NCBI GenBank assembly: GCA_964523795.1
Contig: CAZGAO010000017.1
Location: 15 to 64,014, forward strand
Direction: 5' to 3'
Source of the DNA: an uncultured Lentimicrobiaceae bacterium
GTDB taxonomy: Bacteria > Bacteroidota > Bacteroidia > Bacteroidales > 4484-276
Length of the DNA stretch: 64,000 nucleotides
The position numbers were made by a program, and so were the translations under genes. Of the stretch, positions 17,601 to 26,783 are shown one piece after another. The notes beneath the pieces were generated by a model. That model had not been told where the DNA came from and ran no database searches. It worked only from the letters and a program-made list of their open reading frames with translations. How positions within the stretch are numbered: position 1 is the first letter of the stretch; the number at the start of each line of letters is the position of its first letter.

Positions 17601-18946
17601 GCTACGTTACCAATGGTGTTCACCTACCTACCTGGACAGCCAAGCCCTGGAAGCTGATGTACAAAAAAGTGTTTGGCAATGACTACAAATTGCACCAGCT
17701 CGATTTTGAGATGTGGCAAAAGATGCAGCAGGTAAAAGACAGCGAAATATGGGACACACGCAAGGTGCTCAAGAAAGAACTTCTCGATTACTTAAAAGTC
17801 CGTATCGAAGGCGAAATGACCCGCCGTCAGGAAAATCCTAAGCTGATCATCAACACCATCGAATCGATTGATAAAGATGCTTTGACCATTGGCTTTGCCC
17901 GGCGCTTTGCCACCTACAAACGAGCGAAACTGCTCTTCTCGAATCTGGACAGGCTGCGAAGACTGGTAAATACCGTTGGCAGACCCTTGCAATTTATATA
18001 TGCCGGCAAGGCTCACCCCAAAGATGTGGAAGGTCAATATCTGATAAAGCGCATTATCGAAATATCAAAAACCGAAGGCTTTATTGGCAAGGTGATTTTT
18101 ATCGAAAACTACGACATGGAGCTGGCGCATAAGCTAATCCCCGGCGTGGACATCTGGCTCAACACCCCCACCCGACCCCTGGAAGCCTCGGGAACCAGCG
18201 GTGAAAAAGCCGTGATGAACGGCGTGGTCAACTTCTCGGTGCTGGATGGCTGGTGGGCCGAAGGCTACAAAGAAAATGCAGGCTTTGCCATTGCCGAAGC
18301 CCGTACCTACGCCAATCAGCAGTTTCAGGATGAACTGGATGCCGAAATCATCTACAACGTTTTTGAAGATGAAATTCTGCCTTTGTATTTTGATACCAAC
18401 AGCGAAAATGTACCTCAGCGTTGGGTGCAGTACATCAAAAATACCATCACCAATGTGGCTCCCCACTTTACCATGAAGCGCATGATAGAAGATTATCAGC
18501 AAAAATTCTATCGCAAACTCATCGAGCGCAACGCCATTATGCGAAAAGATTCGTTTAAGCTGGCAGGCGAATATGCCTCCTGGAAACAGGACATGCGCAA
18601 CAAATGGCAGGATATTAAACTGGAAAAACTGATGGTTCCTGATGCCTCAACAGGCCCGCTTACTATCGATGACAGCTTTTCGACCGAGGTAAGCTTGTAC
18701 ACCAACGGCATTGCTCCCGAGCATATCGGTGTCGAAATTATTTTTGGCAAAAAAGTAGAAGGCAAGGTTGAGCGCATTGTGTTTAGCAAAGAGCTTAGTC
18801 TGATGGATGTGGATGGCAAGCTGGCTCGTTTTAGTGTAGATATTCCCACATTTAAAGCCGGGGCTTACAGCTATGCTTTCCGCATTTTCCCCCGACACGA
18901 ATTGATGCCCCACCGCCAGGATTGCGGATTGGTAAAATGGGTGTAG
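14699..18946 (+). CDS. fusion protein: GT3-type glycogen synthase (N-terminal) + GT35 alpha-glucan phosphorylase (C-terminal)
   Basis: N-terminal FETSWEVCNMIGGIYTVLSSK is the GT3 glycogen synthase hallmark. From about aa 700, IAYFSMEYGL...SGGLGILAGDYLKEASD and LEASGTSGEKAVMNG (PLP lysine region) are alpha-glucan phosphorylase motifs. Start taken at MDNKTLNK (14699); the ATG at 14687 is also possible, and the track start at 14585 is unlikely. Confidence 0.85.
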   Translation: MDNKTLNKPNYIFETSWEVCNMIGGIYTVLSSKVPSMVKEYGDNYISIGPDVWKETRENPDFIEDRNLLKSWREAAALDDLHFRVGRWNVEGKPIAILVDFTTLFPKKDKIFTALWDKYKVDSLSGGWDYIEPAMFGYAVGQVIESFYKFKLSFSDKVVAHFHEWMTGTGVLYLNQNLPQVATVFTTHATTIGRAISGNGFPLYSQLKSYNGENMARRFGMMSRFSLEQKSAMAADAFTAVSKTTSDEAEVLLEKAVDVVTPNGFSPSMILEKADADKKRATARKKLLQVAQALLNQKIGDDAFLTITSGRYEFRNKGIDLFIAALGKLAKANPEREILAFIKIPANHSGPDPELLKRIEQPDFKNPLSEVYLTHGLYNYSSDAIIQEIHKHGLKNLAGDKVKIIFVPAYLNGQDGVFDMRYYDLLAGFDFTVFPSYYEPWGYTPLESIAFRVPTLTTCQAGFGQWVNETFGEDHPSVVVADRTDENEDELVKQIAASIKHYLSLAAKPMEAVRKNAFDIASQAAWSNFINNYRIAYDIALTKTSGRGEALPKDFIKDKKRILVEAPQQDLPVWKRITIEPSVPAKLKGLQEMSRNLWWSWNFKATEMFESINPKLWKEYHENPIELLDSLSIYEWKALEENQAFMDKYKESYTKFKTYIEATKQKPEARIAYFSMEYGLHQSFKLYSGGLGILAGDYLKEASDSNENLVAVGLLYRYGYFQQSISLFGDQVAQYQPQKFSQLPIVKVLNEQGEQMSIKIGLPGRTLYARVWRCDVGRIPLYLMDTDFEENQDVDRSITHQLYGGELENRLKQEILLGIGGIRILEAMGIQPDIYHSNEGHSAFISLERLRYLIQEEKLNFTTAFEVVRSSTLFTTHTPVPAGHDYFNEDLLRTYFPHYPERLNISWDQMMNLGKFHANNPHELFSMSVLAARLSQEVNGVSRIHGRVSQEMFAPLFEGYYPEESHIGYVTNGVHLPTWTAKPWKLMYKKVFGNDYKLHQLDFEMWQKMQQVKDSEIWDTRKVLKKELLDYLKVRIEGEMTRRQENPKLIINTIESIDKDALTIGFARRFATYKRAKLLFSNLDRLRRLVNTVGRPLQFIYAGKAHPKDVEGQYLIKRIIEISKTEGFIGKVIFIENYDMELAHKLIPGVDIWLNTPTRPLEASGTSGEKAVMNGVVNFSVLDGWWAEGYKENAGFAIAEARTYANQQFQDELDAEIIYNVFEDEILPLYFDTNSENVPQRWVQYIKNTITNVAPHFTMKRMIEDYQQKFYRKLIERNAIMRKDSFKLAGEYASWKQDMRNKWQDIKLEKLMVPDASTGPLTIDDSFSTEVSLYTNGIAPEHIGVEIIFGKKVEGKVERIVFSKELSLMDVDGKLARFSVDIPTFKAGAYSYAFRIFPRHELMPHRQDCGLVKWV

Positions 18947-19004
18947 CCAGACTGCCCTGGCAAGTTCGTTGTTTTTATCTATTTTTGCCGATTAATATTT
19001 AACT

Positions 19005-19475
19005 ATGAATTTGATTAGAAACACCATATTTCTCATCTTACTTACCGGTCTGGTGTATGGCTGTGGCTCAGGCAATCAGGATAAAAATAGTCTGCCTGCC
19101 GACTTAGTTAAAACGCCAACTAGTGCTTCCGGTTCGGGCGACAGCCGTGCCATGCCACGCATTGCTTTCGAGGAAGAAGTCCACGATTTTGGCCGCGTTA
19201 TCGAAGGGGAGAAAATAACCTATGCTTTCAAATTCTCAAATACCGGAAAAGCTGACCTGCTGATTACCGATGTTAAATCGACCTGCGGCTGCACCGTGCC
19301 CGAGTTTACTAACGAAGCCATGAAGCCAGGCGAAAGCGGAACCGTAAAAATTACTTTCGACAGCAGCAACCGCAAAGGATTTCAAAACAAAAGCATTACC
19401 GTTATCAGCAATGCCATTCCAAGTACTACGATTTTAAAGATTAAAGCGCAGGTAATCATACCCGAACAATTTTAG
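19005..19475 (+). CDS. DUF1573 domain-containing lipoprotein
   Basis: Lipobox LTGLVYGC. HDFGRVIEGEKITYAFKFSNTGKADLLITDVKSTCGCTVPEF is the DUF1573 core. Confidence 0.8.
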   Translation: MNLIRNTIFLILLTGLVYGCGSGNQDKNSLPADLVKTPTSASGSGDSRAMPRIAFEEEVHDFGRVIEGEKITYAFKFSNTGKADLLITDVKSTCGCTVPEFTNEAMKPGESGTVKITFDSSNRKGFQNKSITVISNAIPSTTILKIKAQVIIPEQF

Positions 19476-19514
19476 ATAAGCTATTTAATATTCATTTTTA
19501 AACAAAATCACAAT

Positions 19515-19844
19515 ATGTTATTCAATTCAATTTTGCTTATGGCTCCTACTGAAGGAGGAGAAGGTGGAAGCAGCACTTTTATAATTATGATGGTGCTGAT
19601 GATCGTAGTATTTTATTTTTTTATGATCAGACCCCAAATGAAAAAAAGCAAGGAGCAAAAAAACTTTCGTGAAAGCCTGAAAAAAGGCGACAAAATCATT
19701 ACCATCGGTGGTATTCATGGTAAGATACTCGAAGTGCAGGAAACCACAATGACTATCGAAACCGAAGGGCAAGGCCGGCTAAAAATTGAGAAGAGTGCCG
19801 CCAACGCCGATGGTTCTGCCATGCTTAACCAGCAGCAGAAATAA
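19515..19844 (+). CDS. yajC: preprotein translocase subunit YajC
   Basis: Single TM helix followed by FFMIRPQMKKSKEQKNFRESLKKGDKIITIGGIHGKILEV. Confidence 0.85.
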   Translation: MLFNSILLMAPTEGGEGGSSTFIIMMVLMIVVFYFFMIRPQMKKSKEQKNFRESLKKGDKIITIGGIHGKILEVQETTMTIETEGQGRLKIEKSAANADGSAMLNQQQK

Positions 19845-19869
19845 TACTGGTAATCAAACACCATTAACT

Positions 19870-19911
19870 ACTCCATCCTGATGAATTTCAAATCGGGATG
19901 GAGTTTTTTTT
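19870..19911 (+). terminator. rho-independent terminator after yajC
   Basis: Stem ctccatcc (19871-19878) / ggatggag (19896-19903) followed by T8. Confidence 0.6.
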
Positions 19912-19977
19912 AGCCATGCTCCCGATATTTTTTTGATACTTTTGCAAGCAATTGCATTCATCAATCTATTGGCGAAA

Positions 19978-20958
19978 ATGTTGAAACTATTAAGCGGGAA
20001 AAAAAAAGAGGACTATCGTTATAAACTTACGGTGTTTTTAGTTTGCCTTATCATATCCTCGCTGGTGTGGATGCTCATAAAGCTGGCAAACCATTACACC
20101 GTTGAGGTTGAGATACCGCTCACCTTTGTCAATTATCCTAAGGACAAAATACTGGTAAGCAAGGTTGACAGCATCATTAGCATCGGCATTAACGACCAGG
20201 GCTTTACCGTGGCATGGATAAAATACTTTAGCCGCAAATCGCCCCTGCGTATCGACCTGAGCGATTATCGGTTAAAACAACAAATGCACGGTTATGTGGC
20301 CAATGTGGGAACCCGCGCATGGGCGCAACAATTTTTGGATCAATATGATTTGAAAGGGCAGGTTACGCATATTCTACCCGATACTATTACCTTTTATTTT
20401 GAAGACCGATACACCCGGGAAGTGCCCGTTGAGGCGAAACTTAATCTTAGCTTCAGCAAACAGTATTATGCTTACGACACGCTGGTAATAAGTCCGGCTA
20501 CCGTAGAAATAAGTGGCTTGTACCAAACCGTGGATACCATCGAAAGTTTGACTACAAAAACGCTAACCTACGATAAACTCAACAAATCGATAAATACCAT
20601 GGTTGCCGTTGAAAAGCCTGCCAAAAGTCCCGGCCTGCGCATCGATCCTGGTGAGGTAAACGTAAAACTTACCGTAGCCAAATTTACGGAATCAACCATC
20701 GATATCCCTGTTAAGATTAAGCATCAGCCTCTAAACATGCGCATCAAGATTTTCCCTGAAACTGTAAGCATCAAATTTTTGGTTGCCCTCGATGATTTCA
20801 AAAAAATAAACCCCGACATGTTTGCCGCATCGGTTGACTTGTCGATGTTAAACGAAACTACCGGCAACAAACTGGAGGTATCCATCGACACTTACCCTGC
20901 CTTTGTAAAAATTATTAATACCGAGCCCTCAGAGGTTGACTTTTTAGTTTTGAAATAA
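19978..20958 (+). CDS. YbbR-like domain-containing protein
   Basis: ATG at 19978 (MLKLLSGKKKEDYRYKLTVFLVCLIISSLVWMLI, N-terminal TM helix). Sits in the yajC-YbbR-coaE order and overlaps coaE by 1 nt. The family call rests mainly on context. Confidence 0.55.
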   Translation: MLKLLSGKKKEDYRYKLTVFLVCLIISSLVWMLIKLANHYTVEVEIPLTFVNYPKDKILVSKVDSIISIGINDQGFTVAWIKYFSRKSPLRIDLSDYRLKQQMHGYVANVGTRAWAQQFLDQYDLKGQVTHILPDTITFYFEDRYTREVPVEAKLNLSFSKQYYAYDTLVISPATVEISGLYQTVDTIESLTTKTLTYDKLNKSINTMVAVEKPAKSPGLRIDPGEVNVKLTVAKFTESTIDIPVKIKHQPLNMRIKIFPETVSIKFLVALDDFKKINPDMFAASVDLSMLNETTGNKLEVSIDTYPAFVKIINTEPSEVDFLVLK

Positions 20959-21542
20959 TGCAAAAGATTGGACTTACCGGCAACATAGGCAGCGGCAAAA
21001 GCCTGGTGGCGAAAATATTCGAGCAACTGCAGGTTCCGGTTTTTTATGCTGATATTGAAGGAAAAATGGTTTTGGAAGAAGCCCAGGTAATTTACAAAAT
21101 CAAGGCTGAATTTGGAGACAACATTATGGCCGGAACTAAGCTTGACCGAAAAAAATTGGCACTAATTGTTTTTGCCGACAAGGCTAAACTTGAATTTCTA
21201 AATAAAATCATTCATCCTGCGGTACGAGCAAAATTTACCGCATGGTCGGAGCAAAAGTGCGATTTCCCTTATATAATCTACGAGGCTGCCATCCTTTACG
21301 AATCGGGACACTACCATAGGATGGACAAAATTATTGCGGTTACCGCCAGCCAAGAATTGCGTATAAAACGCGTGATGCAACGCGACAAAGTAAGCCGCGA
21401 GGAGGTAGAAAAGCGCATAGCCATGCAATGGCCTGAGGATAAAAAAATAGCATTGGCTGATTTTGTGATCGACAACAACGAGAGCTGCTTGTTGATACCC
21501 CAGGTTTTGCAAATAGATCAAAGCATTGGTGAAGAATTCTAA
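20958..21542 (+). CDS. coaE: dephospho-CoA kinase
   Basis: P-loop IGLTGNIGSGKS; about 194 aa; typical CoaE length and layout. Confidence 0.85.
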   Translation: MQKIGLTGNIGSGKSLVAKIFEQLQVPVFYADIEGKMVLEEAQVIYKIKAEFGDNIMAGTKLDRKKLALIVFADKAKLEFLNKIIHPAVRAKFTAWSEQKCDFPYIIYEAAILYESGHYHRMDKIIAVTASQELRIKRVMQRDKVSREEVEKRIAMQWPEDKKIALADFVIDNNESCLLIPQVLQIDQSIGEEF

Positions 21543-21556
21543 GTGTGCAAAAGGCA

Positions 21557-22768
21557 TCAGGTGGTATATACCGAATTGAACAAGACGTAGTCGGTGGTAA
21601 GATCGGTACCCCAGCCCTTGCTCTGCACCTTCCCCTTATTCAAATCGAGCTTGATATGGAGGTGCGACTCGCGCAGGAGCTTTTTCATAAAATTAATATC
21701 ATATTCCAGCGGCTGCCCTTTTTCGAGTACTTGCACCAATTTTTTATCCGAACCCAAATACAGATCCGTTTCCAGATAATTAAAAGGAACTCCGGCATTT
21801 CCAGCAGCACCAATGATGCGACCCCAATTGGGGTCGCGGCCATACATGGCAGTTTTTACCAATACCGAATCCGACATGGCGCGGATGATGGCGCGGGCAT
21901 ATTCGGCGGTGGGCGCATGTAGTACTTCGTATTCGATAAACTTGCTTGCTCCTTCGCCGTCCGACACAATTTGCTGAGCCAGATGTTTCATCAGCTCCTC
22001 AAGCTGAAACTTAAATTCCTGGTAATCTTTACCGCGTTTATTTTTGATAGGCTCGTTTTTGGCCAGGCCATTGGCCAGCACCACCACCATGTCGTTAGTC
22101 GAGGTATCGCCATCCACGGTAATCATGTTAAAAGATTTGTCCACCGCCTCTTTCACCATCGTTTGCAAAAGTCGGGAATCAACAGCAGCATCAGTTACAA
22201 TAAACGAGAGCATGGTAGCCATATTGGGATGAATCATTCCCGAGCCTTTGGCTATGCCGCCCATATTTATTTCATGGTCGTCGATTTCAAATTCCACAAA
22301 GCCTTCTTTGGCAAAGGTGTCGGTGGTAAGTATGGCGTTGGCCACAAAGGAGCCTGCGTTGCTCCGGTTTGACAATTTTTTAACGTTGTCGCGAATTCCC
22401 TGGACGATATCATCGGTAGGAAAGGGTTCGCCAATAATTCCCGTTGACGAAACAATCACCAAATCTTTGGCAATATTCAGTTCTTCGGCCATGGCATCTG
22501 CCATTGCTTCGGCACCAGCCAGCCCCTGCGATCCGGTTGCAGCATTGGCATTGCCGGCATTTACAACGATAGCCTGTGCCTGGCCGTTGGCAATATGCTT
22601 TTTGGAAACGATAAGCGGCGCAGCCACTACCTGATTTTGGGTAAAAACGGCTGCGGCACTGGCGGGCACTTCCGAATAGATAATGGCCAGATCGCGACGC
22701 AGCGATTTAACGCCGATGTGGGCACCCCAGCATGTAATGCCTCTTACGTTGGTAATATTCTTAATCAT
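21557..22768 (-). CDS. argJ: bifunctional glutamate N-acetyltransferase / amino-acid acetyltransferase ArgJ
   Basis: ILTTDTFAKE and the autoprocessing site region ATMLSFIVTDA; C-terminus YTT. Confidence 0.9.
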   Translation of the reverse strand: MIKNITNVRGITCWGAHIGVKSLRRDLAIIYSEVPASAAAVFTQNQVVAAPLIVSKKHIANGQAQAIVVNAGNANAATGSQGLAGAEAMADAMAEELNIAKDLVIVSSTGIIGEPFPTDDIVQGIRDNVKKLSNRSNAGSFVANAILTTDTFAKEGFVEFEIDDHEINMGGIAKGSGMIHPNMATMLSFIVTDAAVDSRLLQTMVKEAVDKSFNMITVDGDTSTNDMVVVLANGLAKNEPIKNKRGKDYQEFKFQLEELMKHLAQQIVSDGEGASKFIEYEVLHAPTAEYARAIIRAMSDSVLVKTAMYGRDPNWGRIIGAAGNAGVPFNYLETDLYLGSDKKLVQVLEKGQPLEYDINFMKKLLRESHLHIKLDLNKGKVQSKGWGTDLTTDYVLFNSVYTT

Positions 22769-22856
22769 AATATTTCGAATTTAATTTCTTTTTATTTGCA
22801 ACTTTGTAATGAGTATCTTAAATCAACATAAAGTTGACTTTAAAGACAAACACTGA

Positions 22857-23900
22857 TTACGGATTCAGCGGAAGCTGCATCAGTCCGCTTGTTTCATCCA
22901 AACTCAACATCAGGTTCATATTTTGCACCGCCTGTCCGGCAGCTCCTTTTACAAGATTATCAATTACACTTATCAAAATTATCATCCCGGTACGTTCGTC
23001 CCAGGTGGGATAAATATCGCAGTAATTGGAGCCACGCACATCTTTGATGGCCGGTGGCTGCTTGCGGATACGCACAAAGGGAGCATCCTTGTAAAATTCG
23101 GTATAAATCTCACGCAATTTATCATCGCTCATTACAAGATCAGGGCGCGGCTGTGCATAAACAGTGGTAAGTATGCCACGGTCAACCGGCAGCAGGTGTG
23201 GCGTAAATTGCACCACTATTTCCTGCCTGAGAAGTCGCTCCAGGACACTTTGTATCTCGATGGTATGCCTGTGTTTTTTCAGGCCATAAGCCTTAAAATT
23301 ATCGTTGACATTGGAATACAGATTAACGGCCTTGGACTTTATCCCGGCACCTGTTATTCCGGATTTTGAATCCACGATGATGGGCTTCGTTAGGATGCTT
23401 TCGCTTTTGATGAGCGGTGCCAGAGCAAGAATGGCGCTGGTAGGATAGCACCCCGGATTGGCCACCAGCCGGGCTTTGGTGATGGCGGATCCCAGGATTT
23501 CGGGGCAACCAAAAATCGCCTCGCCGATACCCGCAGGATAGCTGTGCTTTTGGCCATACCATTCCTCGTACATCTGTGCGTTGTCCAAACGAAAGTCGCC
23601 CGAAAGATCGATAATTTTAAAATCTTCGTTACTAAGGTCTCTAACATATTCCATCGAAACCCCGTGAGGCAAAGCCAGAAAAACAAGCTCCGGGTCGTAA
23701 TGACGGATTTCAGTTGCCTTGATTAATTCCTGGTCAACCAGGCCTTCGAAAAAGGGATGGACATCCGAAAACCTTTCGCCTGCCCTGCTCTCGGAAGTGA
23801 TAAAGGCAATTTCTACATCCGGATGATGAGTTAAAACTCGCACCAGCTCGGAGCCTGTAAAACCGGTAGCTCCAATAATTCCAACTTTTATCTTATCCAT
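22857..23900 (-). CDS. argC: N-acetyl-gamma-glutamyl-phosphate reductase
   Basis: GATGFTGSELVRVL NAD-binding N-terminus; active-site region ANPGCYPTS. Confidence 0.9.
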   Translation of the reverse strand: MDKIKVGIIGATGFTGSELVRVLTHHPDVEIAFITSESRAGERFSDVHPFFEGLVDQELIKATEIRHYDPELVFLALPHGVSMEYVRDLSNEDFKIIDLSGDFRLDNAQMYEEWYGQKHSYPAGIGEAIFGCPEILGSAITKARLVANPGCYPTSAILALAPLIKSESILTKPIIVDSKSGITGAGIKSKAVNLYSNVNDNFKAYGLKKHRHTIEIQSVLERLLRQEIVVQFTPHLLPVDRGILTTVYAQPRPDLVMSDDKLREIYTEFYKDAPFVRIRKQPPAIKDVRGSNYCDIYPTWDERTGMIILISVIDNLVKGAAGQAVQNMNLMLSLDETSGLMQLPLNP

Positions 23901-25089
23901 TGTTTTTTATTTCTTTTAATGATTCTATGAGTACTTGCATAATTTTTTTCAAATCGCTAAAACCAATATTTAATGGCGGCAGCAGGCGCAGCACATTACC
24001 AGCAGTGGCATTGGCCAACACGCCTTTGTCCAGCATTTTCTGCACCAGCGCCTTGGTTTCAAACGAAAACTCAAGGCCAATCATCAGACCCCTTCCACGT
24101 ATTTCGCGGATATCGGGATTGTTCAGCTTTTTGATTTGCGCCATCAGCCATTGACCCTTTTCGCTCGCCTGTTGCAGTATTTTTTCGGTTTCCATTACCT
24201 TAATCGTGGCCAGTGCAGCAGCACAAGCCAGCGGGTTGCCGCCAAAGGTAGTTCCATGGTCGCCATAGTTAATGGCATCGCTTACCTTACTGTTCGACAG
24301 TATTGCACCGATGGGAAAGCCTCCGCCCAAGGCCTTGGCCAAAGTCATAATATCCGGCTGGACATCGGCATATTCCTTAGCAAACATTTTTCCGGTACGC
24401 CCCATCCCGCATTGTATCTCATCAAAAATCAATACGATATCCTGTTCATCGCAGTAACGCCGCAGGTCGCGCAAAAAATCATCTTCGGCAAGGTTTACAC
24501 CTCCCTCGCCCTGGATGGGTTCGATAATAATAGCGGCTGTTTCGCTGCTTGCAACTTTTTTAATTGCTTCCAGGTCGTTAAAAGGTACTTGCACAAAACC
24601 CTGTGGAATAGGCTCGAAGCCCTGCTGCATTTCTTTTTTGCTGGTGGCAATGGTGGCCAGGGTTCGCCCGTGGAAGCTACCCTCGAACGAAATGATTTCT
24701 CCTCCCCTACCCCTGCTGTGTGCATATTTTCGGGCAATTTTCATCGCTCCTTCTACCGATTCGGCTCCACTATTGGTAAAAAAGGCGCGGTCGAGGCCGG
24801 ATAGTTCTACCAATTTTTTTGCAAGTTCAACCTGTGGAATGCTTAGATAAAAATTTGAAATATGCATAAGCTGCCCGGCCTGACTACGAATAGCATGAAC
24901 TACCTCGGCATGGTTGTGCCCAAGACTATTAACTGCAATGCCGCCGAGCGCATCGATGTATTCGCGCCCTTCTACATCCCACAAATGGGAGCCTTGTCCC
25001 TTAACAAATGTGAGTGGATAGCGCTTGAAGGTGGGCAGGTAATACTTTTGATCCAGATGGTGATAATACTGGTTTGTTTCTTTATTCAC
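23893..25089 (-). CDS. argD: acetylornithine aminotransferase (class III aminotransferase)
   Basis: FTNSGAESVEGAMK, DEIQCGMGRTGKMFA and TLAKALGGGFP (PLP lysine). Overlaps argC by 8 nt. Confidence 0.9.
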   Translation of the reverse strand: MNKETNQYYHHLDQKYYLPTFKRYPLTFVKGQGSHLWDVEGREYIDALGGIAVNSLGHNHAEVVHAIRSQAGQLMHISNFYLSIPQVELAKKLVELSGLDRAFFTNSGAESVEGAMKIARKYAHSRGRGGEIISFEGSFHGRTLATIATSKKEMQQGFEPIPQGFVQVPFNDLEAIKKVASSETAAIIIEPIQGEGGVNLAEDDFLRDLRRYCDEQDIVLIFDEIQCGMGRTGKMFAKEYADVQPDIMTLAKALGGGFPIGAILSNSKVSDAINYGDHGTTFGGNPLACAAALATIKVMETEKILQQASEKGQWLMAQIKKLNNPDIREIRGRGLMIGLEFSFETKALVQKMLDKGVLANATAGNVLRLLPPLNIGFSDLKKIMQVLIESLKEIKNNG

Positions 25090-25234
25090 AATCTTATATT
25101 TTTGTCATGCATTACTATTTTGATTTTTTAAATCTCTAATAATAATTGTGTCCTCAAAAACAACATCAGGGTATTTTACTTTATATTAGAATTAAATGGC
25201 TGTCTTGCCCAATGCGAAGGTTTCTTGATAAGTT

Positions 25235-26074
25235 TTAGGGGGTGATAAGTGTCCCCACCGATTTTCCGTCCATCATCTCCAGGATTTGCGAAGGCTGTGT
25301 GCCATTAATAATCCGTGCAGCCTGAGCACCTTTATTTATTGCAATTTCGCAGGACTCAATCTTGGGAATCATCCCTCCCTGAATAACGCCCTCGCTAATA
25401 AGACCGGTAGTCTCGGGCAGACGCATGTTGCGAATAATTGTGGAAGGATCGTCTTTATCGCGAAGTAATCCATCCACATCCGTAAGCACTACATATTGCT
25501 GGGCGGCGAGGGTGCCGGCAATGTGTCCGGCAAACATATCGGCGTTGATGTTGTAGCCGGTGCCGGCCTTATCGGCAGCAAGACAGGTAATTACGGGGAT
25601 GTAATTATGCAGCAGCAAAATACGGAGAAGTGTGGGATTAACGCGGGCAACATCGCCCACCTGACCCAAATCGATCAACGCTTCCTCGTCAGCTTCAATG
25701 CGCTTGTGCATCCTTTTGCTTGCCACTACCATTTCGCCATCTTTACCCGAAAGGCCAACCGCCTTATAGCCGAGGCTGTTTATAATGCTTGTCAGACTAC
25801 CGTTAACCTTGCCCTTGAGTGCCATCTCGACATACTCGAAAGCCTCGGGACTTGTTTTGCGATGGCCATCGATAAACTCTGATTCAATTTTGGCATCATC
25901 GAGAGCCTGCCCGATAAAGGGACCGCCACCATGCACAATTACAATCGCATAGCCTTTGGCCTGGAGTGAGCAAATACTTTTGAGGACTTCTTTTTTGAGG
26001 GTGTCATTAGTCATAGCGTTTCCGCCATACTTAAACACCAAAATCGGAGGGGAAGGATCGTCAGTTTCTGTCAT
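25235..26074 (-). CDS. argB: acetylglutamate kinase
   Basis: VFKYGGNAM, VIVHGGGP and NINADMFAG motifs. Confidence 0.9.
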   Translation of the reverse strand: MTETDDPSPPILVFKYGGNAMTNDTLKKEVLKSICSLQAKGYAIVIVHGGGPFIGQALDDAKIESEFIDGHRKTSPEAFEYVEMALKGKVNGSLTSIINSLGYKAVGLSGKDGEMVVASKRMHKRIEADEEALIDLGQVGDVARVNPTLLRILLLHNYIPVITCLAADKAGTGYNINADMFAGHIAGTLAAQQYVVLTDVDGLLRDKDDPSTIIRNMRLPETTGLISEGVIQGGMIPKIESCEIAINKGAQAARIINGTQPSQILEMMDGKSVGTLITP

Positions 26075-26186
26075 ATTAATAATGAATTACTTTTGATTTC
26101 ACTCTTATAAAGTCGTCTAAGCTGATATTGTTCAATCCGAATACCTTACCCATCCTTAATTTTCTAACATTCCCATGTCCTTATAC

Positions 26187-26610
26187 ATCGGACATCGGAC
26201 ATCTAACGTTTCCATATCTTCGTTCATCCGACCTTCATTTAACTTCCATATTCAAGATTCGGCATTCTCCGGTTCAATATTCAAAAAATCTCAATTCATG
26301 ATTTAGTTTTAAAAACCAGGGTTGCCATCCACACACCTTGCCTCCCACAAGAGCCATCACAAAGGCGGGGCTGTGAACCCTTGCATCAGGGTTCGCAGCC
26401 CCGAAGAGCCTGCTCCGCTCCAGCGGAGGGATTGCATTCATAAATTGCCGCAGCCATAGGTAATTCACGAAGTGACTATTTCCGTAGCCCGGTGCTTTAG
26501 CTCCGGGATTAAGGGAAATTGGCACAATCGGCAAAAGGGCGTTAACGCCCTTATAGTTAATTTGCGGGAGAATCCATTACCCCGGCCATTTATGGCCGGG
26601 GTAATGGATT
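26187..26610. repeat. hairpin- and repeat-dense intergenic segment (REP-like modules)
   Basis: Contains catcggacatcggacatc (26187-26208); hairpin ggggctgtgaaccc / gggttcgcagcccc (26367-26402); module aggtaattcacgaagtgacta (26458-26478); 18-bp palindrome aagggcgttaacgccctt (26535-26552); and a perfect 19-bp stem with 2-nt loop, aatccattaccccggccat-tt-atggccggggtaatggatt (26571-26610). Confidence 0.8.
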
Positions 26611-26783
26611 GAAACCGCCAAAAATTTGATGAGGTTTTTTTTGCAAATGTGTGTATTTCACGAGAAATCTCCTTTTAATTCATTTTTCCCAGGTTGACCT
26701 TCTATCGCAGTTGAGCTTATTGCGATAACCTGCTCAGGATGTATGCCGGGACTATTCAAAAGTGGCGACTTTGTGGACAAACA

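Noticed and set aside
26274-26534. 86-aa minus-strand ORF (and the plus-strand ORF 26739-27350)
   Set aside because: The first lies wholly within the hairpin/repeat-dense spacer, and its translation follows the palindromes. The second is antisense to the 3' end of the S9 peptidase gene.
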